NCBI GenBank assembly: GCA_035331565.1
Contig: DAOLKO010000010.1
Location: 15,682-79,681, forward strand
From: Blastocatellia bacterium
GTDB lineage: Bacteria > Acidobacteriota > Blastocatellia > RBC074
Reading direction: 5' to 3'
Length of the DNA stretch: 64,000 nt
Shown piece after piece: positions 40,176-49,918 of the stretch. The notes beneath the pieces were generated by a model that had not been told where the DNA came from, did no database searches, and saw nothing but the letters and a program-made list of their open reading frames with translations. How positions within the stretch are numbered: position 1 is the stretch's first letter; every line of letters begins with the position of its first letter. Position numbers and translations under genes: made by a program.

Positions 40176-41450
40176 ATGCAAAATGAGCAAGAGTTTCGTC
40201 AGATCATAGAAAGGATTGATGAAGTGACGCGGGCGCTTTTGCAAGTAAGGGATTACAAGGCGGAGGCGATTGACCTTAATGGTGCAGACGCTCCTTTGAA
40301 ACTTCTAGCGCGAACTTGGCGGGACACTCAGTTACCAAGTCAGTCTGATGAAAAGCTCGCCAATATGATACGGCAGCGGTTAGAGGAAACATTATCTCCA
40401 ATCTTGTGGATTGCTACGGGACAAATAGTTTCTGGTGCGCTCGAATACGCTACGCGCGAAACTGGGGCAACCGTAATGCCCACCTTTGATGGACTTTCAA
40501 GGGTGGGCATAGCTGAGCAACCATATTCCGAAGATGAAGAAGAGGTTTGGTTGATTGGTTTAGCGGAGAGAATACGAATAAAAGGAACGCTTCAGGTGAG
40601 CCTAAATTGGGGAGAGATTGAATCTATTCTTGATGATTTTTTTGGCTCGTCTCTTTCAGCGTGTAAAACTGAGCAAGAAGCAAAAACGGCTTGGAATAGC
40701 TTTCTCAAGAAGGAGCAAAAGCACCTCAAAAAAAGAATGGGGGATTCACCGGTAGAAAAAATCGTAGAGACCAACCGGAAGGTTGAAATGCTGACGGATA
40801 AACAAAGAGAGCAGATGCGAAGCGATCTGGTAAAACTCGCTTCGCAAAACTTCAAATTAAACATAGATCACGTTATTCGTTGTGCTATTGCGGCCAATCT
40901 GTTCTTGAGCCTGGTGTATTGGGAATACGCTTTTGATCGTGAAAAAGGAAGAGCCGAGAAGGAAGTTCAGCAATCACTGCCCGGAGTAGAAGAACTAAGA
41001 GACATAATAGGTAAGAGATTGAATGACTGGCTTATTCAACCGCTTCCAAAAAGACCGCGCCTAGGTAAACAAGCAAAAGCTGATTTAAGCCAACTGCGCC
41101 AGTTTTACGAGGAAGTTATTGGGGATTGGCGTGATGCCTTTAGCTTCTGTCGTGAGGCTCTCAATTCTCGTTCAGCAACCCGCCGTGCAACTTGGAAAGA
41201 AGACCTCAAAAAATACTATCCCAGTCTGCGAGATTACGACGATTTGATTGAGCGGCTACAGCCCATAGAGAACTGGCCAGAGCAGGTAGCTGCGAAATGT
41301 TCAGAGCAGGGGGGCGAGGATAAGCCTGAAGACATCGCTTACGAACATGCTGCACGACTATGCGACGCAGCCAATTACACGTACAAGCTGTCTTCGCTTA
41401 TTGAGGAATACCGCAAGCAAGGGCGACAAAAAAAAGAAGAAAAAGAATGA
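40176..41450 (+). CDS. Island-encoded hypothetical protein (~425 aa, acidic, AT-richer).
   Basis: ORF with a GGAGA RBS before ATG 40176. No recognisable domain. Confidence 0.45.
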   Translation: MQNEQEFRQIIERIDEVTRALLQVRDYKAEAIDLNGADAPLKLLARTWRDTQLPSQSDEKLANMIRQRLEETLSPILWIATGQIVSGALEYATRETGATVMPTFDGLSRVGIAEQPYSEDEEEVWLIGLAERIRIKGTLQVSLNWGEIESILDDFFGSSLSACKTEQEAKTAWNSFLKKEQKHLKKRMGDSPVEKIVETNRKVEMLTDKQREQMRSDLVKLASQNFKLNIDHVIRCAIAANLFLSLVYWEYAFDREKGRAEKEVQQSLPGVEELRDIIGKRLNDWLIQPLPKRPRLGKQAKADLSQLRQFYEEVIGDWRDAFSFCREALNSRSATRRATWKEDLKKYYPSLRDYDDLIERLQPIENWPEQVAAKCSEQGGEDKPEDIAYEHAARLCDAANYTYKLSSLIEEYRKQGRQKKEEKE

Positions 41451-41665
41451 AAATTTTGCACTCGACCAACACCACACAATTTAGAAAAAAAAGAATTGAG
41501 ACTTCTGAAAAGCTTATCAGTTTGGCCTAAATTGCAGGTTGAGGTAACTCAAGACGATCTGACAAAACAGTGGGCAAGAGCCGTTCGATTTCTGAGGCCG
41601 CGCGGCACTTGCCCTTGACCTAAACCCGCCGCTTTTGGCGGCAAAGCACAGGAGTTTTTTAAATT

Positions 41666-41896
41666 ATGTCCCAAGTGTCTTTTGAAGCCAACACCAGCCC
41701 AAAACAACCAATCCTCGAAACCGCTGTCTACGGGCGCGACGAGGCAATCGCTATCACCGGCTTTTCGCTCTCGACGCTGATCCGCGCCGAAGAGAAAGGA
41801 AAGCTGCGAGGTCGCTACGAAGGCCGTCGCCGATTTTATTTCGGGCGCGATCTGCTGCGCTGGCTGGGAGCCTGCGAGGAAGGAGGTGCGGAGTGA
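41666..41896 (+). CDS. AlpA/excisionase-like small HTH DNA-binding protein.
   Basis: 76-aa product. DEAIAITGFSLSTLIRAEEKGKL is an HTH resembling phage AlpA/Xis. Confidence 0.55.
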   Translation: MSQVSFEANTSPKQPILETAVYGRDEAIAITGFSLSTLIRAEEKGKLRGRYEGRRRFYFGRDLLRWLGACEEGGAE

Positions 41897-42195
41897 AGTC
41901 AAAAAACCAAAAGCCGCCAGCGGCGGGAATCGCTGACGGCTCTCGAAATCGAACTAAAAATTACGAGCCGGATTCTGCCACGCTGCGCCGACAAACGGCA
42001 ACAACAAATTTGCCGGAGTGCCCGTGTCCCGTATGCGCGCGCAGTTATCGTTACGCATGGGGCTGGTTGATGGTGCTGCCGACGGCGCGAGTCGTTGACC
42101 TGTGCGCGTATTGCACGCGCACTTTGCGCTACGGCTCAGCGTCGGAGCGTCAGGCAATTGCCGACGCGATTGCAACGCGGGAGGTGGCACTATGA
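41893..42195 (+). CDS. Small Cys-rich protein (putative zinc-ribbon).
   Basis: CPCPVC...CAYCTR is a four-Cys arrangement. Its stop overlaps the primase ATG (ATGA). Confidence 0.35.
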   Translation: MKSKNQKPPAAGIADGSRNRTKNYEPDSATLRRQTATTNLPECPCPVCARSYRYAWGWLMVLPTARVVDLCAYCTRTLRYGSASERQAIADAIATREVAL

Positions 42196-44801
42196 ACAGG
42201 CTTGATTACGCGAAAGACTATCAAGGCAGGGGCTACACGCCTCTGCCGCTTCCACTCAAGGCGAAGAATCCAGGTTTTCATGATTGGCAGAAATACCAGC
42301 CGGTTAATGGCCGGCTTGAGCGTGATTTCAGCAACGAAGGCAACATCGGGTTGCTACTCGGCAAACCGTCGGGCTGGCTGATTGACGTGGATTTGGATTG
42401 GCCGGAATCGCAAAGGCTCGCGTCTGCTTTCCTGCCTGAAACGACAGCCAAAAGCGGGCGTGAATCCGCGCCGCTGTCGCATTACTGGTATCACTGCGAA
42501 ACCGGAACGAAGAAGTTCAGCGATCCGACCAAGCCGGGCGGCGACGACCAGCGCGCGATGATTGTCGAGCTTCGGTCAACGGGATTGCAGACGGTTGTCG
42601 AGCCAAGCATTCATCCGTCTGGCGAGCGGTACGTCTGGCAAGGCGAATTGATGCCCGCGCAAATTGACGCTGCAACGCTTCAACGCGCGGTTGCGCGGTT
42701 GGCGGCGTGTGCGCTTGTCGCTCGACATTGGCCGCAAGGCCGCCGACACGATGCGGCGCTGGCGTTGGCCGGTGCGCTGTTTCGCAACGCCTGGGCGCGC
42801 GCCGATGTCGAGCGGTTCATACTGTCGGCGGCTGGTGTGGCGGGCGATGAAGAAATCGAAGACCGCAAACGCGCCATTGCCGACACGGAAGAAAAGCTCC
42901 GCAGAGGCGAACACGTGACCGGCTTGCCAACCTTGTCGGAGTTCATCGGCGAAAAGACCGTCGGCGCGCTGGTCAAATGGTTAGGGCTGACAGCCCAGCC
43001 GGAAAAGCCTGCCGAAGCGATAAGCAATCAATCACGCGAGCCGGTTGCCTGCCCTTACAAAGCCAACGGCATCGGCCTGGTGTGGCTGAAGCCCGTCGCC
43101 ACAAGAGACGGCGCGGCGGAGCCGCTTGCCGTTCAGCTTACCAACTTCATCGCCGAAATCACTGGCGAAGTGTGCCGCGATGATGGTGCGGAGCAAACGC
43201 GGGTTTATGAGATTACGGCGCAGCTTGCGGGCGAAACCGCTTCGCACAAAGGCGCAGTCGTTGCCGAAGAGTTCGGCCTTTTGAAATGGCCCGCCACGAT
43301 TTTGGGCGCAAGGGCTGTCATCTATCCGAGCAAAAAAGAGCATACCGGCGTAGCGATTCAACTCTTGTCGCGCAAGATCGAAAGCCGTCGTGTCGTGGCT
43401 CATACAGGCTGGCGCAACGATGGCAACGGCTGGCGTTATTACCACGCGGCGGGCGCAATCGGCGCGGAAGGACTGATTGACGCCGAAGTTGAGTTGCCGA
43501 CTGCGCTGGCGGCTTATTCATTGCCTGCGCCGCCAGTGGGCGAAACGCTGAAGGATACAGTATCGGCAGTCATTGGGCTGGCCGGTGTGGGGCCGGATGA
43601 TGTGACGCTGCCCACGTTGGGCGCAGTTTGGGCAAGCGTGCTGACGGGCGCGGATTTTTCTATTTATCTAGCCGGGCGCACAGGCAGCGGGAAAAGTATT
43701 TTGACGGCGCTCTTTCTGTCCTTGTTCGGCTCCGGCTTTGACTTCAACGCGCTGCCCGCGTCGTGGTCTTCAACCGGCAACAGCCTGGAATCGTTGGCGC
43801 ACGCGGCAAAAGATTGCGTGTTAGCCGTTGACGATTTTTGTCCGCAAGGTTCGGCGGCAGACCAAGCGCGATTGCAGGCAGCGGCGGATAGAATCTTCCG
43901 CGCACAAGGCAACCATTCCGGGCGATTGCGTTGCCGGACAGACGGAACGGTCAGAGCGGTCAAACCGCCGCGCGGTCTGATTCTCTCGACCGGCGAAGAT
44001 ATTCCGCACGGCCAGAGCCTGCGCGCTCGCACGCTCATCCGCGAAGTCGTCAGGGAGTCGTTGGACTGGCCAGCCATCACAGAGGCGCAAGCAATCGCTC
44101 GGCAAGGCGTTTACGCGCAAGCAATGGCCGCTTTTCTGCAATGGCTGGCGACTGGCGACCGAATCGAAAAGCTTCGAGCATCTGCGCCGGATGATGTTTC
44201 GCGCTGGCGCGAAGAATGGACAACGCGCGGTCTGAATGGTCACAAGCGCAATGCGTCAACGCTGGCTCAATTGGCGCGCGCCTGGCATTGCTGGCTCGGT
44301 TTTGCCTGTGAAGCCGGAGCCATCACGCCCGAAGAGAGCAAGAAGCTCTGGCGGCGCGTGTGGGCTGCGCTGGATGCGGCGGGCAAAGGGCAGGAGCAAT
44401 ATCAGGCGAGCGAGAATCCGGCTTCCCGCTTCATTGAATTGATTCAAGCTGCGCTGGCCAGCGGCAAGGCTCATCTGGCGGCGACAGACGGCGGTAAGCC
44501 GGATTCTGCCGATGCGCAAGCTTTTGGCTGGCGCGATGGCGAACCGCAAGGGGAACGAATCGGATGGCTTGACGGCGACGACCTGTATTTGCAACCGGAT
44601 GCGGCCTATTTATTGGCTCGGCGAATGGCGACAGATGGCGAAGGGCTGACCGTGTCGAGCCAAACGCTGTGGAAACGACTCAACGAAGCCGGGTTGCTGG
44701 CTTCGACTGATACGGCGCGAAAGACCAATAAAGTCCGCAAAACAATCGCCGGAAAATCTAATCCGGTGATTCATCTGCGGTCGGAAATTTTCGCCGGGTA
44801 G
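42192..44801 (+). CDS. Replication protein: N-terminal bifunctional primase-polymerase-like domain plus a central P-loop NTPase (D5/DUF3987-like).
   Basis: Start at ATG 42192 after GGAGGTGG. The N-terminus YTPLPLPLKAKNPGFHDWQKY...GLLLGKPSGWLIDVDLD is Prim-Pol-like. Walker A is AGRTGSGKS and Walker B LAVDDF. Confidence 0.65.
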   Translation: MNRLDYAKDYQGRGYTPLPLPLKAKNPGFHDWQKYQPVNGRLERDFSNEGNIGLLLGKPSGWLIDVDLDWPESQRLASAFLPETTAKSGRESAPLSHYWYHCETGTKKFSDPTKPGGDDQRAMIVELRSTGLQTVVEPSIHPSGERYVWQGELMPAQIDAATLQRAVARLAACALVARHWPQGRRHDAALALAGALFRNAWARADVERFILSAAGVAGDEEIEDRKRAIADTEEKLRRGEHVTGLPTLSEFIGEKTVGALVKWLGLTAQPEKPAEAISNQSREPVACPYKANGIGLVWLKPVATRDGAAEPLAVQLTNFIAEITGEVCRDDGAEQTRVYEITAQLAGETASHKGAVVAEEFGLLKWPATILGARAVIYPSKKEHTGVAIQLLSRKIESRRVVAHTGWRNDGNGWRYYHAAGAIGAEGLIDAEVELPTALAAYSLPAPPVGETLKDTVSAVIGLAGVGPDDVTLPTLGAVWASVLTGADFSIYLAGRTGSGKSILTALFLSLFGSGFDFNALPASWSSTGNSLESLAHAAKDCVLAVDDFCPQGSAADQARLQAAADRIFRAQGNHSGRLRCRTDGTVRAVKPPRGLILSTGEDIPHGQSLRARTLIREVVRESLDWPAITEAQAIARQGVYAQAMAAFLQWLATGDRIEKLRASAPDDVSRWREEWTTRGLNGHKRNASTLAQLARAWHCWLGFACEAGAITPEESKKLWRRVWAALDAAGKGQEQYQASENPASRFIELIQAALASGKAHLAATDGGKPDSADAQAFGWRDGEPQGERIGWLDGDDLYLQPDAAYLLARRMATDGEGLTVSSQTLWKRLNEAGLLASTDTARKTNKVRKTIAGKSNPVIHLRSEIFAG

Positions 44802-44805
44802 GGGT

Positions 44806-45065
44806 CTAGTGGAGAAAACCCGACAAACCCGACATTTGGGCAAAAACGGTTTCAATGTCGGGTTTTCGTTGTCGGGTTTTTCGGAGAATCTGGCGAAAAT
44901 GCCGAAAATGCGGCCACAGAAACTAAGTCCCTTCAATAGTTTACCAATCAATGTCGGGTTTGTCGGGTTTTCTCCACATAAGAGCGGTCTGGGATAAATT
45001 CCAGGCGTTCAATGTCGGGTAGGCTTCAAAAAGCCGACACCAAAACCCGACAAAAACCGACAAGG
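44806..45065. repeat. Iteron-like block with at least 10 copies of the CCGACA/TGTCGGG heptamer in both orientations.
   Basis: Representative copies are aaacccgacaaacccgacattt, caatgtcgggttttcgttgtcgggttttt, caatgtcgggtttgtcgggtttt, caatgtcgggtaggc and gccgacaccaaaacccgacaaaaaccgacaagg. Confidence 0.6.
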
Positions 45066-45082
45066 AATAGGGAGCGGGCAAA

Positions 45083-45493
45083 ATGGGAAACGAGATTTTG
45101 ATTGAAATTGAGAGGCTTTCCACAAAGCAACAACGAGCGATTGAAGCGTTGTTGACCGAGCCAACAACGCGCGCAGCGGCGGCTGCGGCAGAGGTCTCCG
45201 AAGCAACAATCTGGCGCTGGCTGGCGGAGCCGGAATTTTCTATTGCGTATCGTGCGGCGCGTGGGCGCTTGCTGGAATCCACGTTGACGGCGTTGCAATC
45301 GGCCAGCGTGGATGCCGTGGTTTGTTTGCGCGAAATTCTGAACGACAAAACTGCGCAGGTTTCCGCTCGCGTCAGCGCGGCCAAGTCGGTTCTGGAACTC
45401 GGATTGAAGGCGCGCGAAGTTCTGGAAGTTGAAGAGCGGCTGGCTTACCTGGAAAAGGCGTTGGAACTCAAAAACGCAAAGAGGAGTGCATGA
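45083..45493 (+). CDS. HTH-domain protein (regulator or terminase-small-subunit-like).
   Basis: AAAAAEVSEATIWRWL HTH followed by a coiled-coil C-terminus. Confidence 0.4.
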   Translation: MGNEILIEIERLSTKQQRAIEALLTEPTTRAAAAAAEVSEATIWRWLAEPEFSIAYRAARGRLLESTLTALQSASVDAVVCLREILNDKTAQVSARVSAAKSVLELGLKAREVLEVEERLAYLEKALELKNAKRSA

Positions 45494-45993
45494 CGACTGC
45501 AAGAAGACTTTCGGCGATGGAGCCGCTGATTGAACCCGAACGAGCATTGCTTCGCCATAACCGGGCAATTCTGCTGTCGGCAATTCCCGAAGTGATGGCC
45601 AAGCTCGGAAAGACCGAAGAAGAGGCGCGGCGGCTTTTGTTGCTACTCTGGTCGCCTGAAGAAGCGGCGCTGGCGGCGGATGATTGGGAAATCAATCCGC
45701 TGGCGCTGGACTTGCTCAAGAAGCTGAATCAGCCCAACGGACGGCAGAAGCTCATCGAATCGGGCTTGCAACGGGGAGCGGATGCGTTTGGCCTGAGTGT
45801 TGAAGATTTGATTTGTCTGGTTTGCCTTGACCCGCGTAACTCTCTGGCGTCCAAGCTGGAACTGGTCAAAATCGCCAACGAACGGAAGATGCCCGCAATC
45901 CTTTTGAAGCTTCACGGCGAAAATCCGGTTGAACGGATAGACCGCCTTGCAGATAGTGTGGCTAATCACGTTGTAGATGACCTGACTGGATGA
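45490..45993 (+). CDS. Island hypothetical protein.
   Basis: ORF coupled to the upstream gene by an ATGA overlap. Confidence 0.35.
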   Translation: MTTARRLSAMEPLIEPERALLRHNRAILLSAIPEVMAKLGKTEEEARRLLLLLWSPEEAALAADDWEINPLALDLLKKLNQPNGRQKLIESGLQRGADAFGLSVEDLICLVCLDPRNSLASKLELVKIANERKMPAILLKLHGENPVERIDRLADSVANHVVDDLTG

Positions 45994-46100
45994 CGAATCG
46001 CCGGGCACGACCAGCCCCGCCAAACTGTAGAATTTTTCTTGCCTCAGCCCGCGATGCGGCATAGACTCCGCGCGTCATCAAACGATGCTCCCCCCGCGTC

Positions 46101-47027
46101 TTGCCAAAGCCCTTAAATAGCTTAGCTATGGAAAACTATAACTATGCGGCTATCCTCCTCGGATTAGCATCCTGTTATTTCTTCCTGTTTCTGGTGCCCT
46201 TTTCAATTTCCTGCATAATTATTTATTGGATTCAACCTCTGTCCCGAAATGCATTTCTGCTCGTCTCGCTCTTACCTTGTTTAGCAGGAACACTATTGAC
46301 GCAGGATTGGAAGTTGGAGGCAGCTATAGTTTTCGCATTGTTCCAATTCAGCATCATAGGTTTCCTGGAATTGTGGATGCTGTTTTTGTTTTTCCGAAAA
46401 TTGATCAAGCCACCAATAACATATATGTCAACACCACCTTTACCAACAACACAATTAAAAGAACCGATTCCGCCAGATTTCGATTTTGAATTTTGGAAGG
46501 ATCGGCTAATTGATCGCACCATCAGAAGCTACCTATCAGACACGCAAAAGCAACAATTGAACGACCTTCGCTTAAGTGATACTCAGCGGGATCAGATTAA
46601 GTACGGCACAAGGCCGCCCCAAGAGATAAATGATTTTTTGGAAGATGCAATAAAAGATGTCGAAGTTGCGGTCACTAACGACGACGGTGAAGCCTTGCGA
46701 AAGGCTATTGAACAAGCTCATCAGAAACTTACAAAATTTGAATCAGAGAGGGTAAAGAGAAGCAACGAGTTCCTTAATAAGCTTACAAATTCGTTTCGCC
46801 GAGCGAATGGTGCTCCTATAGTTTTTGTTGGCTTATTCATAATTGCTTTCGGGTTCTTGTTTTCAAGAGGATATAGCCAATCTATGGGAGTCTTGGGAAG
46901 CTTGCCGCGTATGGTTGTGGACGTCGGCAACCTCAGCATTGCAACCAAATGGGTATTACTTTTTGGGATTGGGCTGTGCCTTTGGGGATTTTACGCGCGT
47001 TTTAGTGATACTCAGAAGAATAACTAA
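46101..47027 (+). CDS. AT-rich integral membrane protein of unknown function.
   Basis: Four N-terminal TM helices, a central charged coiled region, and two C-terminal TM helices. The DNA is strongly AT-rich. Confidence 0.45.
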   Translation: MPKPLNSLAMENYNYAAILLGLASCYFFLFLVPFSISCIIIYWIQPLSRNAFLLVSLLPCLAGTLLTQDWKLEAAIVFALFQFSIIGFLELWMLFLFFRKLIKPPITYMSTPPLPTTQLKEPIPPDFDFEFWKDRLIDRTIRSYLSDTQKQQLNDLRLSDTQRDQIKYGTRPPQEINDFLEDAIKDVEVAVTNDDGEALRKAIEQAHQKLTKFESERVKRSNEFLNKLTNSFRRANGAPIVFVGLFIIAFGFLFSRGYSQSMGVLGSLPRMVVDVGNLSIATKWVLLFGIGLCLWGFYARFSDTQKNN

Positions 47028-47030
47028 AAC

Positions 47031-47849
47031 TTGTTCAGAGGGTTCGCTCTAATGATCAATATGGATACTAAGCAGCTAAAAACTATGTTTTGGAGCTTGG
47101 CATTAGGCGCATGCGGTTTCTGGATTTGGCTTAACCAAGGCGGAAATCCTATGCCTGATTTCTATTTACTAGATGATGCGGTTATTGCCAAAGGGTATAT
47201 TGTTGAAATTACTGAGAGTGCTGGTGAAGAGGGCGACAGTACTTTTACCGCCGAATATCAATTTAAGCTTCCTGACGGTCGAGAGTTAACTAATCGAACA
47301 GACAAGTTTGATGAAGAAATCATCGAACAAAAAATGCCATATCCCATTGAAATTGAATATTACAAAGCTAATCCAGAAATCAACAGGATCAATGGAACTG
47401 GAAGTCGCACATTTACAGAGTGGCTTTGGCGAAGTTTAGGAGGAGGAGTTGTTTTGCTCGCATTATGCTTAAGTCCAAGCATCTGGTTATTCCGATGCGG
47501 TTGGCAGGACATGAGACAAAAACGCGAAATTAAAAGCCGGAAATTGAGAAAAGCTCAGAAGAAAGCGGCCAAGCGACTGGTGAAAGGAGCGGCGGAGGCT
47601 GCGCAGCTAACCTCTATACAGCAGGAAGCCTCACAGATGGCCGATACGCCGACCAACATTCAGATACCGGATCGGGAGCAATTTCCGCCGGGTATTCTGG
47701 GGGATAGTATGTATCGGATGTCTGCTGACCGTGTGCGAAAGTTGTTGGCGAGGGAGGCCAAAAGGGCGGCGAAGGCTACGAAGCCTACGCAACAAGTTAC
47801 TCAAGCGGATGCAGATGAGACAACGTCAAATAACTTCAAAACCAGGTAA
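47031..47849 (+). CDS. AT-rich membrane protein with a DUF3592-like topology (TM, beta-domain, TM, then a Lys/Ala-rich tail).
   Basis: TM1 WSLALGACGFWIW, then a ~100-aa soluble domain, then TM2 LGGGVVLLALCL, then a basic tail. Confidence 0.4.
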   Translation: MFRGFALMINMDTKQLKTMFWSLALGACGFWIWLNQGGNPMPDFYLLDDAVIAKGYIVEITESAGEEGDSTFTAEYQFKLPDGRELTNRTDKFDEEIIEQKMPYPIEIEYYKANPEINRINGTGSRTFTEWLWRSLGGGVVLLALCLSPSIWLFRCGWQDMRQKREIKSRKLRKAQKKAAKRLVKGAAEAAQLTSIQQEASQMADTPTNIQIPDREQFPPGILGDSMYRMSADRVRKLLAREAKRAAKATKPTQQVTQADADETTSNNFKTR

Positions 47850-48358
47850 TAACTTGAACTTTTCTTGCTGACTTGCCTACTGGCGCTCAATTGGCGCAAT
47901 GTGGGAGTGCTTACCATACCAGCTAATCCGCATGTAGAATCTGTCAAGCGAATAGTCGCCCACTGACCGGCAACCGCGAGGCAGCGCAAATTCGCCCAAC
48001 GAAAAGCCGCTCGACTTTTGCTGGGTGGTCTTTGTTTTGTCATTTCTCTTTGGCTCAATATGCGTTTCTGGGAGCTATACCTAAAGCAACCGTTTGAAGC
48101 TCTGATTCTTAAGGACTTATGTCGCTAGTCAAAGACTCGCTCCTTGAAACAGCTATTGAGCCTTCTCTTTTCCTTCACAGCCTCGACTCCGGCGGCTTTT
48201 CCCTTGCCTTATCATCCACCCCCAACGCTTTCAACACGCGCTCAAACTACGCGTTATTGCTTTCCCATTTAGTGAAGTTTGTGACCGAGGGGCTTTCGGG
48301 TTTTCAGCAATGGTCACCAATAGCGGCAAGCAAGATAATGTCTCAGCCTATAGCGATT

Positions 48359-48904
48359 TCAGGCGTAGGCAAGTTCGGATTCCAGCCGGTAAGAGTAGCG
48401 CGCCGGTTTGTGCGGATTGACCAGTAAAGCCATCGCATCCGATCTTTGCAGGACGATGGCGGCGAGTTGGTCGGCGACGTGGGCGGGAATGGCGCGGCCT
48501 TGCTTTTCCGCTAGTAGGTAAAAATACATCAGCCGCATCAGCGAATCGGCTTGCGGGCCGATGGTCTGCCCGCCATTTTCCCACCGTGAAAGTGTGGCCG
48601 TGTCTATGTGAAGGTAGGCCGCCCATTCCTTCGCCTTCAATCCCAAATGTTGGCGGAGAAAGCGAGCTTCTTTGCCGGACAGCGGCTGACTCTGCAACGC
48701 GATGGCCTGGCCGATGGTGGCGTGCAAATCGTTGATGCGGGGAATGCGCGGAGCAACCTCGCCGCAAGCTTCGCAGACGCGCACGTCAATGTTTTCCAGG
48801 TAAACGTTATCCAATCCGCATTCGGTATAGTGGTAGCGTTGCTCACGTTTGATGACCGTCTCGGCTTTGCACATTTCGCATTTCATAGTTTGTTGCTCCA
48901 TCAA
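48359..48904 (-). CDS. MqsA-like antitoxin: N-terminal YgiT-type zinc ribbon plus C-terminal XRE HTH.
   Basis: CEMCKAE...CEACGEV is the Zn ribbon. LSGKEARFLRQHLGLKAKEWAAYLHIDTATLSRWENG is the HTH. Confidence 0.65.
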   Translation of the reverse strand: MMEQQTMKCEMCKAETVIKREQRYHYTECGLDNVYLENIDVRVCEACGEVAPRIPRINDLHATIGQAIALQSQPLSGKEARFLRQHLGLKAKEWAAYLHIDTATLSRWENGGQTIGPQADSLMRLMYFYLLAEKQGRAIPAHVADQLAAIVLQRSDAMALLVNPHKPARYSYRLESELAYA

Positions 48905-49206
48905 AAAACCGTCACGATGTAGAGCGTCATGTCTGATTCGATAATCAATGTAATGGCGATCAATTCATCGCCGTCAATGTCTTCGCCTTCGACGCGATAT
49001 TTCCAGTTGCTGTAAACGTCGTCCCATTCCGGCGCGCGGCGAATCTGGCCAAGTTTTAACGCATTGACCACATCCAGCATTGTTACGCCGCGCTTCGGCA
49101 TTGATTCGCGGCGGCAGTGAAACGAAAGCTCCACCGTGCCATCGTTGAGAATGACCAGAATCTTGTCTTTGGCTTCATCGGCGGAAAACGGATTCGGCTT
49201 GCTCAT
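48901..49206 (-). CDS. DUF4258-family toxin partner.
   Basis: 101-aa product located upstream of and overlapping the antitoxin by ATGA. Composition is GVTMLDVVNALKLGQI...LIAITLIIESDMTLYIVTVF. Confidence 0.5.
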   Translation of the reverse strand: MSKPNPFSADEAKDKILVILNDGTVELSFHCRRESMPKRGVTMLDVVNALKLGQIRRAPEWDDVYSNWKYRVEGEDIDGDELIAITLIIESDMTLYIVTVF

Positions 49207-49357
49207 TGGTTCACTCTGTTTGCCTGCGTTGCTCCCAGTGTCTTTACGCTTCTCTACGTTTCCATAGTTGGCAGCTTAGCAAGACTTGACAATATGTCAA
49301 TTGATGGATTGGCCGCCCAGTCACTGACCGGGCGGCGTTATAAGGTGAATTTCCGGC

Positions 49358-49918
49358 TTATGTCAGCGGCTGAATGCGGGCAATCAAGGCGTCGAGTTTG
49401 GCCGCGTCGTTTCCTTCCGTGGCTTTTCTCGCTGCGATCTTACCGACGACCAGCGCGCTGAAATTGGCCAGCGTCTGGCGCTTCGCCGCGCGCCATTCCT
49501 TCGCCGACAAATAGCAGCAATACGGCTCGCGCTCCCTTCCCTGCTCATCGTAGAAGCGAAGATTGACGCGAAAACCGGCATCCGCCAACCGCACGCGAAA
49601 TGACATCCTTGAACCGGCTTTGACCGTCCAGGATTCCTGTCCGTTCCGGCGCGATTCTCGGATTTCCAGTTTTGGAAGCTTTGTTGCTGCATTTGTTGGC
49701 CTTCCGTTTTTTTTCGGGCTAGCCCGACTTGGCGCGTTTTTGTCGTCAATTTTCGCTGGTTTCGGGCTAGCCCGGCTTTCGGCTCTCGGGGTTGGCGTCG
49801 AGACTCGCGCCGATGATGTGACCGGCGACGGCGGGGCATCCGTCTCGGTCAGGGCAGGGGCATCATCAGCGCCGGTCAGTTTCCCCTTTCTTGTCCCGTG
49901 ACATCTTTGCCAGGCCAC
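49358..49918 (-). CDS. Island hypothetical protein.
   Basis: ORF whose start overlaps the end of the upstream membrane-protein gene. Confidence 0.3.
   Translation of the reverse strand: MAWQRCHGTRKGKLTGADDAPALTETDAPPSPVTSSARVSTPTPRAESRASPKPAKIDDKNAPSRASPKKNGRPTNAATKLPKLEIRESRRNGQESWTVKAGSRMSFRVRLADAGFRVNLRFYDEQGREREPYCCYLSAKEWRAAKRQTLANFSALVVGKIAARKATEGNDAAKLDALIARIQPLT

Noticed and set aside
44806-45065. Possible CRISPR array.
   Set aside because: The repeats are only 6-9 nt, irregularly spaced and in both orientations, with no spacer-like unique units. This is an iteron or binding-site block, not CRISPR.
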